Notes under the pieces: model-generated
Databases searched by the model: none
Told to the model about the DNA's origin: nothing
The model's input: only the letters and a program-made list of their open reading frames with translations
Shown here: positions 55,100 to 64,000 of the stretch, one piece after another
Position numbering within the stretch: the first letter of the stretch is position 1
Layout: each line of letters starts with the position of its first letter
Made by a program: the position numbers and the translations under genes
NCBI GenBank assembly: GCA_951406725.2
Contig: OX597816.1
Span: 95,418,001-95,482,000, forward strand
Reading direction: 5' to 3'
DNA: 64,000 bases
Origin: Octopus vulgaris
Lineage: Eukaryota

Positions 55100-55652
55100 A
55101 ACCGTTCATCCTTTCTGGGTCGTAAATTAAGTATCAGTGACCCACTGGAATTGATGTAATCACCTTCTCTCCGCCCGCAAAATTCAGGACTTGTGCCTAC
55201 AGTAGAGAGGATTATTATTAGTATTAAGGCGGCAAGTTGAGAAAATCGTTTGCACGCCGGGCGGAATGCTTAGCGGTATTTCGTCTGCCGCTACGTTCTG
55301 AATTCAAATTCCACCGAGGTCGATTTTGCCATTCATCCTTTCGACATCGATAAATTAATTACCAGTGAACCACTTGGGTCAATATAATCGACTAGTCCTC
55401 TCCTCACAAATTGCAAGGCCTTGTGCCTCCAGTAGAAAGGATTATTAAGGCGGCAAGCTGCTAGAATCTTTAGCACGCCGGGAAAAATACTTAGTGGCAT
55501 TTCATTCGTCGTTATGTTCTGAGTTCAAATTCCCTCAGGGTCGACTTTACTGTTCATCATTTTAGTGTCGATAAAATTAGTACCAGTTGAGCACTGGGGT
55601 CAATGTAATCGACTGTCGCCCTTCCCCAAATGTCTGGCCTTGGATTATTATT
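55100..55652 (+). mobile_element. Head-to-tail array of SINE family B (partial 55100-55226, full 55228-55447 and 55449-55652)
   Basis: Repeated ggcggcaag.tg..agaatc.tt.gcacgccggg...gttctga.ttcaaattcc...ttcatc.ttt...tcgataaa.tta.taccagt, each unit ending in a short (att)n. Confidence 0.85.
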
Positions 55653-55757
55653 GCCCAGGTGGCAAGTAAAGGAAATTTTAGTTCTATATTTAAGAGATGG
55701 AAAATTATGTACATTATTTATATTTGACGGATATTTGTCCTCAACTTGTTTGTTGTT

Positions 55758-55804
55758 AACACAACATTTCGGCTGAGATTACCCTCCAGCCTTCATCAGG
55801 TGTC
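55758..55804 (-). ncRNA. Minimal hammerhead motif in a PLE-derived repeat (~55660-55822)
   Basis: Minus strand gacac-CTGATGA-a-GGCTG-gagggtaatct-CAGCC-GAAA-t-GTT-gtgtt: intact core, with a U at 15.2 where the AACGUU palindrome has C. Confidence 0.7.
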
Positions 55805-55849
55805 TTGGGGAAATTTCGAACCTATCCATTTAAATGTCTGTGTTGTATT

Positions 55850-56062
55850 AATAATAAAACTATATCTGGTTTCCTATTTTCCATCTCGTGATCGCACTGA
55901 GTCATAAAATCCCATAGGATCTTTGCATTATCATTTTCGATGATGGCTTCGGGTTTGTGATCGTAACAACTTTTTCCTTTAAGTCGATACTTGTTGCAAA
56001 GTGTCCAATGGACAAGCCTTTCTATATTGTCGTGACGTCTCTTATATTCCTTCTGGGCTATT
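55850..56062 (-). mobile_element. R4/Dong-like LINE fragment
   Basis: IAQKEYKRRHDNIERLVHWTLC..Y...YDHKPEAIIENDNAKILWDF..QCD.EMENRKPDIV. Confidence 0.85.
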
Positions 56063-56263
56063 CTGTCTGTGTCACGTTTTGGGTTGAGTGACCCATATCT
56101 AGTTAGCAACTTACCACTGCTCCTCAGTTTGTTTCTGCCCGTTCTTTTTTGCAGTTTTCTTGATCCGTTTGGCTTGTTTTGTGGCAGTGGTTTCAGGTCC
56201 TTCATCTAACTCCGGTTTAATATAATAATAATAGTAATAATGATGATGATGATGATGATGATG

Positions 56264-56294
<31 letters not shown>

Positions 56295-56351
56295 GGATAA
56301 TAATAATAATGTTAATAATAATAGTAATAATAATAATTATTATTATAATTA

Positions 56352-56760
56352 TTGAGTGAGAGGGCTATGCATGCTATCAAAGTGATACTGGAGTAAAATA
56401 TACGAAGACCAGTATACCCACCATGACTACCCGTCTGATAAGGGTAACAATACACTCGTATGTGCGCAACATGGTGATCTCATATCAAGCGCATGACCAT
56501 GATCTCATAAACAGCGCAGACCATGCAGGTGGGGCCCAGTTAGAATTTTCTTCAGGTAGAGTAGCCTTTGCCGCTCAAAAGGTCTCTGAATAAGGGTTGT
56601 TTAAGGATGCTGAACGAAACATTCATGTTTCCAAAGGTGAATTATCCAAACCCCAAGGAATTCCTTTCAACGCATTGCTATGATGCTCACCCCCACTACT
56701 TCTGCTTATGATCAGAGATACACCATCAAGAGACATGCTGCCTGGTAATGCATTAGGACA
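56352..56760. mobile_element. Unclassified ~400-bp non-coding insertion between (TAA)n tracts
   Basis: A complex-sequence block sharply bounded by AAT/ATT microsatellites, with no ORF and no tRNA head that I could see. Confidence 0.5.
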
Positions 56761-56796
56761 TTTATTATTATTATTATCATCATCATCATCATCATC

Positions 56797-56867
<71 letters not shown>

Positions 56868-57502
56868 GTAGTTTTATTTTTATTTTTATAGCGTGCTTTC
56901 ACTTCACTACCGAGCGCAGCTCTGTGTGCCTTGGGTATGTGCTGTGATTTGTTGTGATGTTCTGATGGTTATTGTATGGAAAGTGTTCTGCGTAGGATGT
57001 GGGCAGTGCCTAGTAGTGCAATTTTCTGTATGTTATATGTGTTTGTAAGTCCTGGTGTTTTTGTTATGTATTTGTCTGAATATTTTTTAATCATGCCTAA
57101 TGCACCTACTATGATAGGAATTGTTTCTGTTTTCAGATTCCACATTCTAGTTACCTCTATTTCCAGGTCTTTGTATTTTGAGAGTTTCTCCATTTCTTTT
57201 AGAGACACGTTGTCATCTGCCGGTATTGATACATCAATTAAAAAGCATTTTTTTTCTTCATGATCTCTGACAACTATATCTGGTCTGTTGGCCTTAATTT
57301 CTCTATCTGTGTGTATCGGCATATCCCAGAGTATGGTTGCTTTTTCGTTTTCTGTGACCTTTTCTGGTGTGTGCCTATACCATCTTTTTTCTGTTGTTAT
57401 TCCATAATGTTGGCATAGCTTCCAATGTATGTAGGTTCCAACTCTGTCATGTCTGTGAATATATTCCTTCTTAGCCAGGACTGGGCAGCTAGAGATAATA
57501 TG

Positions 57503-57505
<3 letters not shown>
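56868..57505 (-). mobile_element. 5'-truncated R4/Dong-clade LINE (zinc finger end, RLE and 3' UTR), frame intact
   Basis: HIISSCPVLAKKEYIHRHDRV...ILWD.PIHTDREIKANRPDIVV...LIDVSIP...EKLSKYKDL...PIIVGALG...QKIALLGTAHILR. Flanked by (TAA)n on both sides. Confidence 0.93.
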
Positions 57506-57550
<45 letters not shown>

Positions 57551-57566
57551 CATTATTATTATTATT

Positions 57567-57970
57567 TTCTCTTTATCACAGTTTTCGTTGGAGCTCCTGG
57601 AGTCTTGCATGCGTAGCGGGCCTACTACTTGCAGCCTACGGTACCAGGCTATTCGTTCTTTTCGGCTATTTCATATTTTCTTGATTATTCTAGCCGTACC
57701 AAGGAGACAAACCTTTTGTAATAGTTCCACTGGGCACTCTATTCTAATTTCCTTTATATTCCTCCTCATGCCTTCTGATATAGTTCCCAATGACCTAACA
57801 AAAATTGTCACCTTCTTCATTTTCCATAGCCAGGCTATTCCGTAATTAAGAGTGTTGTATCTATTCATTTTTTCGGCTTCCTTCTTATCTATTCGTGGAT
57901 CAAACGGACATGTAACGTCAAATATATAGCATATGTGGTTCACCTTGTCGATCACCACTACGTCCGGTAT
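57567..57970 (-). mobile_element. Second 5'-truncated R4/Dong-like LINE of a different subfamily
   Basis: PDVVVIDK...IFDVTCPFD.RI..KE.EK..RY..L...LW...LQKVCLLGTARII, with a different 3' UTR. Flanked by (TAA)n. Confidence 0.85.
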
Positions 57971-59249
57971 TATTATTATTATTATTACTATTGATGTTGT
58001 TGTTGTTGTTGTTGTTATTCTTGTTGTTGCTATTATTAATTCTTTTGCATGTAGATTGTCATCCTCTGTGCGGTCAGTTCGATTCACTTCTTATCTATTC
58101 TAGTATGTTAAACAACATTGCGTATCTATGGTTTCTGAAACACCAGTTAATATTTTTCATCGGGTGTTCTATATGATACACGTCAAAGAGTTTCTTTAGT
58201 AAATATTAACAGTTCTTCCATATATCATTATTATTTTCCTCATTATATATCATTATTATTATGTTAAAACTCTGAAATGGCAGAGGTTGACAATCGGCTT
58301 TTAGCTTATACTATCTTGATGTCTTGGAACTGGTTCATTAGAAATACACTTAACTTTAACATATCAACAGAAAATGTTTAAATAAATCGTTAATTCGATT
58401 AATCTTCTTCTATACACTGAAGCTACTTACAATATATATGATATAGAAGACACCATGTGGCTCAAAGACTAAACAGAATAAATGCATAAATCTGCATATA
58501 CAGTCTAAGACTATGATTAATATGATTATCTTGAAGCATATTGATTTTTTGAAAGGTTGGTGACGTTTGCTTTTAGGGAAGCATATGTTTCTCATATGAT
58601 TGCATGCTATATTCTTCGATTGTCAGCAGTTTTGTGGCAGGTGGTTGCGCTATGTAAAATTGCAAAATATAATGACTGAATAATCGTTGCCAATTAAGAA
58701 CTAAGTCAGAAATCTCTCTATTTTTATTTATTTAGACAGAATAGCCAGTACTATATCAATGAAAAGATAACACTCTACCGAATAGGTAAACAGTTTTATG
58801 CAGACATTTAAAAAATCAATTCAAGATCTTTCAACTTTTTCTGTAATAGAAAATACTTTTATCAGACGTAACTATACACAAATTCAATTATTTGATCTAC
58901 CTAATAATATGGTTGACGTCCTTCTCCAATAGACGAGTTTTACTGACCTCAAAGTAAGAAAAGTAAGCTTAAACTTAATTGGAAAAGAAAGATATAAAAA
59001 TGTAATTTAATATAGTATATCAAGTGATATCTATAATACATGCATAAATACACACACTAGTATCATACAAGATAAAGAAACTTAGGTAAAACACAGGCAT
59101 ACAAATACTTAGTATCCAGTAACAGTATATAATAAACACACGGGAATGGAATTCTTTTCAAGGAATATTATAGGCCTAATATATTAATACTTTAAAAAAT
59201 ACTATGTTAAAAAATGAAGGCTACAGTTATCAATGCTATAGCTGTCTCA

Positions 59250-60112
59250 GTAATAAGAGAGTTTTAATATATATTCCAAACTGGACGTTAAACGAACTAG
59301 TTAGATAAGACATGGAGATTATAAGAATATACTATCCCAAATCTGACACTGAAAAATCTTACTTACCATGTATATAAGGTGGCAGGGGATTTATATCACT
59401 AGAAAACTATAATAAGATATCTACTAACATCGGCTATAAGACTACAAACATATCTAGTGTAGAATAATCGAAACTTAATACAAATATCTACGAAACATGA
59501 GCGATACAAAGAACAGCTGTTTGTATTCAGGATAGTCAACATACACAAAAGAAAAAAAAAGTCGCCAGAATAGAAGGCTTCGAATGTAACGAAGTATAAG
59601 CTTTAGAAATCATGGAATTGATAAAACCTAAACTAAAATTTGGACTACAGAATGCTATGAATGACAATTACCAGAAAGTTTCCTACATGGAAAGACTGGA
59701 ATGAATGGGAAAAAAAAACAAAGAAAAATGTTAGCACTAAATTAGATATATATTAGTCCAAAAAAAGGATATTGTATCTGTAAAAGAAATGTAGAAATTA
59801 CGTAAGTGTAAAGTTCTGGAAAAAGATACAACCCATATGTGAGATCTGAAAGCAAAAGGTATCTCTGTAATAATAGGTGTTTTGGGAATGATTTAAAAAC
59901 CATGGAAGCAAATACATATCCGACATCCCGGAATTACAAATATGTATGGCATTCAGAAAATAGGTCCACTAAGTGTTGTACACATACTACAAAGAACACT
60001 TTCTGTATCATGAAAATAACAAAACGAAAGCCATTCAGTGCATCTAGTCAACGCACTCGCACGCAAAGTTAATTCTGTAGTGCAGTAAAGGAGCTTAATA
60101 ACAATAATAATA
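59250..60112 (+). mobile_element. Degenerate, internally deleted R4/Dong-like LINE
   Basis: Decayed LYL....GGRG...LENY near 59357-59410, ISVIIGV.GMI near 59860-59893, and IQKI..L..VHILQRTLS near 59950-60007. Ends in an aataacaataataat tail. Confidence 0.6.
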
Positions 60113-60458
60113 CATTTATACAATTAAATAATATTAAATATAATTTTCCTTTTCTCTTCTTTTACGTTCCACGATATATTTTTCTTATTTCAGGTATTTA
60201 AATAAATGTTTCTCTATCTCCACTAAGCCCAAGGAAGAAAATGATATCTAAGCGTTTAAGTCGCAATAATGATTAATCCATTCAAATTTTTTTTCGTGTT
60301 TTCGGTTTCCATTTTAATTTACCCCCTGTCTCCTTTCCAAGCTTTTACAACTCACCACTTACTTTTGTGATACACTTTCTTTTTAAATATAAAGTTTCTT
60401 CTCTAATTTTTCAGTCATCTCTCTCCTTCTCTCCTTCTCCCCCTCTCTCTGTGTATAC

Positions 60459-60502
<44 letters not shown>

Positions 60503-60599
60503 AGTAAGGAAATTTTTTTTTTTATAAAATGCAGAATGCTCAAATGAAAGAAAATTTTAATAAAATGAGAAAATGATAAAATATATAAATATATATATT

Positions 60600-60640
60600 T
60601 ATTCAACCGGTTTTCGTCAATGTATGACTTGTCAAGAATA
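60600..60640 (-). ncRNA. Atypical minimal hammerhead motif (left arm)
   Basis: Exact mirror of 62340-62380. Confidence 0.55.
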
Positions 60641-62339
60641 TTTATGTTTTAAGAAGTTTTTTTAAAAATTAGAAAGGGGAAAAAAAGAAAATTGCAATGT
60701 TTTTTGTAAAAGAATAATGATAAAAATGTACAAAAATTAAAAAATAAGTTCTCCGATACATTGTGAGTTCGTTGTGTATCTTGAGTTTTATGGTTGTTTA
60801 CCAAAAAATTACCTTGAGGTGTTAAGATCCAAAGGGATTAAGAGCATGTGATGTGTTGTGTTGTTAAATTCAGCATGTTGCAGGACAGGAAGTAGTAGTA
60901 ATTGTGGTCCTGGTTCTTCAGTTCCTGTGTTGTGAGTAAGGGGAGACAACTCTTTTGAGTTCTTCAATAAAACCCAAATTATAAAACTATCATTTTAGCT
61001 TCATTTGCATTATCTTTTTTATATAATTGCTTGTTAACTTAACTTTCAGATTTTAACACTTTATTTATATCATTTTCTAATAATATAAAACTGCATAGAC
61101 AATTGCATTTCAAATTGTCATATCATTTATAATAAAAATGATAGTAGTAACAACAACAATAGTGAAAATGATATTTAAAGAATATAAGTTTTAGCTTGAA
61201 GTGGTGAATGCATGGTATCTTTATATATTTGTGTTAGTCCATCCATGAAGAGTGAGGTAGAGAAAGGAAGTTTGATCAACGAGGAGTTTGCATATTAAGT
61301 TGTGTTTGGAATTTTTCAATAAAGAGATTCTCCTTGTTAATTCTCTCCTGTGTGGTGATCCCGTCTTTACATTGGTAGAAGGGGAATATATAGAATTTGG
61401 GGTTTAAGTCTTTAGCACATGAGTCTAAGTGGTCACTCAGTGGAATTTGTCGGTATTCCGGGAGATTTATTTGTTCTTTATGCACCGTTACTCGTTTACG
61501 TAACGGGAGACTCAAATCTCCCGGAATACCGACAAATTCCACTGAGTGACCACTTAGACTCATGTGCTAAAGACTTAAACCCCAAATTCTATATATTCCC
61601 CTTCTACCAATGTAAAGACGGGATCACCACACAGGAGAGAATTAACAAGGAGAATCTCTTTATTGAAAAATTCCAAACACAACTTAATATGCAAACTCCT
61701 CGTTGATCAAACTTCCTTTCTCTACCTCACTCTTCATGGATGGACTAACACAAATATATAAAGATACCATGCATTCACCACTTCAAGCTAAAACTTATAT
61801 TCTTTAAATATCATTTTCACTATTGTTGTTGTTACTACTATCATTTTTATTATAAATGATATGACAATTTGAAATGCAATTGTCTATGCAGTTTTATATT
61901 ATTAGAAAATAATATAAATAAAGTGTTAAAATCTGAAAGTTAAGTTAACAAGCAATTATATAAAAAAGATAATGCAAATGAAGCTAAAATGATAGTTTTA
62001 TAATTTGGGTTTTATTGAAGAACTCAAAAGAGTTGTCTCCCTTACTCACAACACAGGAACTGAAGAACCAGGACCACAATTACTACTACTTCCTGTCCTG
62101 CAACATGCTGAATTTAACAACACAACACATCACATGCTCTTAATCCCTTTGGATCTTAACACCTCAAGGTAATTTTTTGGTAAACAACCATAAAACTCAA
62201 GATACACAACGAACTCACAATGTATCGGAGAACTTATTTTTTAATTTTTGTACATTTTTATCATTATTCTTTTACAAAAAACATTGCAATTTTCTTTTTT
62301 TCCCCTTTCTAATTTTTAAAAAACTTCTTAAAACATAAA

Positions 62340-62380
62340 TATTCTTGACAAGTCATACATTGACGAAAACCGGTTGAATA
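62340..62380 (+). ncRNA. Atypical minimal hammerhead motif (U3:A8 variant)
   Basis: tattc-TTGACAA-GTCA-tacat-TGAC-GAAA-ACCGGTT-gaata: helix I tattc/gaata, helix II GTCA/TGAC, palindromic AACCGGTT helix III region. Confidence 0.58.
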
Positions 62381-62522
62381 AATATATATATTTATATATT
62401 TTATCATTTTCTCATTTTATTAAAATTTTCTTTCATTTGAGCATTCTGCATTTAAAAAAAAAAAATTTTTCCTTACTTATCATTTCTCCACGTGCGGTCA
62501 ACACAACCCCACCATTTATTGA

Positions 62523-62606
<84 letters not shown>

Positions 62607-64000
62607 TATATAAGCATGTATATGTACACACACACACACACAAGCAGATACATATGCAAACACACCTGCATCTATAAATGTACAAATGAATGAATGTATG
62701 ATTTATATGATGTGAATCGCTATCGAATGAGAATGTCTCTACATACTGGGAGAAGATAGAAGTATGTAAACAAATCTTATATTTAATAATAATTGAGAAT
62801 CTTAACTGCTGTTATAAATATTATGATATGCATTAAAATTTCCTTTGTAATTCGATTTCAAATCTGTAAACTATTACACATTTGGACGAGCTGCTTCTAC
62901 GTCTTTATTTCTTTATTTTACAGAATATTATCTGAAATGAAAAACTGTTAAAAAAAAACAGACATAGAAAATCTCCAGGATATTAAATATCATTCGGAAA
63001 AGGTTTATGATTAGAACAGAAAATGAATGCTATGTAATTCAAACTGATGCTTAGGCCATCCGTTCTCAAACTTTTTAATTTATTTACATACTGAAGATCA
63101 AATATAATGGCTGACCTACATCGGATTGCAAGCTTTAAAAAAGGTATTTTAGAGTTTAAAATTTAAATAACAATATAGGAAATGATTGCATATCTTATTT
63201 TATTAATTGTGCATGTATGAAATATGCGCTTGAAGTTCATTAGCGATTTAGTCAATGATAGATCTTATCTGCTATATACGAACTCTCATTTCTGCCCTTA
63301 ATGTGTTGTAGAGTTTCTCTCTTGTTAGAATTTAATTTGGGTAGCAGGGAAGCAAATTCTAATTTACATAAATATGATTTTTAAATCAAATGCACGTAGA
63401 CAAAGTTATTTTAGCTAACCGAAAATATTCTTATCTTCTAAAAACCCATACGTTTTGAAAAAGCAGCTTCTTATTTCATCCCACAGTGATTGAAAAGATG
63501 GGTCAATTCTTCAGATAATTCGAACAAAACCAGCTGCAATTTTTATGAAAAGGTTTCAAGTTATATAATATTGTCTTATGTTTATTGGTGTAAGATAAAA
63601 GATTAATTTTTTTTCTAATGCTATCAAATCATCAACTATATTAGAAATCATTTCCTTTACATGAAGTCTATTTATTAAAGAAAACATTTCGAGATTACCT
63701 TTCTAAATCACAGTTTATTTCCTGAAGTACTCCTAATTTATTTGCAGATTTGTGAATATTTTAATTTTCAACATATCTCGTTTTGAGTATTAAGATACTG
63801 ACTATGCATATCAAATGTTTCAGGCTAAAAAGGAAAAAAATGCATTGAAAATATTCAAAAGTTTGTTGTGTATTAATTCTAGAATTATCTAAGTGACTTT
63901 TTTCGGAGGTTATGATGAAGAATTTGCACCATACTTCTCAACTGTCTGAAGTTTGTGTATAAATATCTGGGTGTTGCGAAAGCACGGCCATGCAAATTTT

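Larger units (their letters stand above)
60500..62480. mobile_element. ~2-kb near-perfect palindrome of a 5'-truncated Penelope-like element (arms 60500-61468 and 61514-62480, 45-nt spacer)
   Basis: The arms are reverse complements over ~970 bp. Both encode NLPEYRQIPLSDHLDSCAK...FYIFPFY...RINKENLFIEKFQTQLN*, a GIY-YIG C-terminus. The minus copy extends through the spacer as SLPLRKRVTVHKEQI. Confidence 0.93.

Noticed and set aside
55100-55652. Repeat-spacer-like periodicity suggesting a CRISPR-type array
   Set aside because: The units are ~220-bp homologous SINEs without unique spacers, in a eukaryotic context with no cas genes.
55822-56205. 127-aa ORF as a gene
   Set aside because: Chimeric read-through in which only the middle part is an R4/Dong fragment.
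61276-61706. Two overlapping 95-aa ORFs with identical N- and C-termini as a novel bidirectional gene
   Set aside because: A consequence of the palindrome. The shared N-terminus is antisense sequence of the opposite arm, and only the C-terminal part is real PLE endonuclease.
1-64000. Host protein-coding exons
   Set aside because: No non-transposon ORF with a recognisable domain was found. Short exons cannot be excluded without RNA-seq or homology searches.

Overview
AT-rich, microsatellite-saturated eukaryotic non-coding DNA. I can support no host exon. The repeat families resemble those of coleoid cephalopods such as Octopus, which is inference from recalled repeat consensus sequences, not a search result. 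The window is largely transposon debris: three tRNA-headed SINE families; truncated CR1, RTE, L1/Tx1, HERO-like and several R4/Dong-like LINEs; two mariner pseudogenes; an internally deleted Helitron with a 383-bp non-autonomous relative; and several Penelope-like element (PLE) remnants. The most notable recurring structure is the head-to-head inverted repeat carrying a minimal hammerhead ribozyme (HHR) motif in each arm, so one motif per strand. Examples are a near-perfect ~2-kb palindrome of a PLE 3' end (60500-62480), a non-coding 523-bp fold-back with a canonical HHR core in both arms (43931-44453), and a nested fold-back at 101-1203. Two of these HHR motifs show the U3:A8 covariation of the C3:G8 core pair. 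Nearly all other listed ORFs are microsatellite artefacts.
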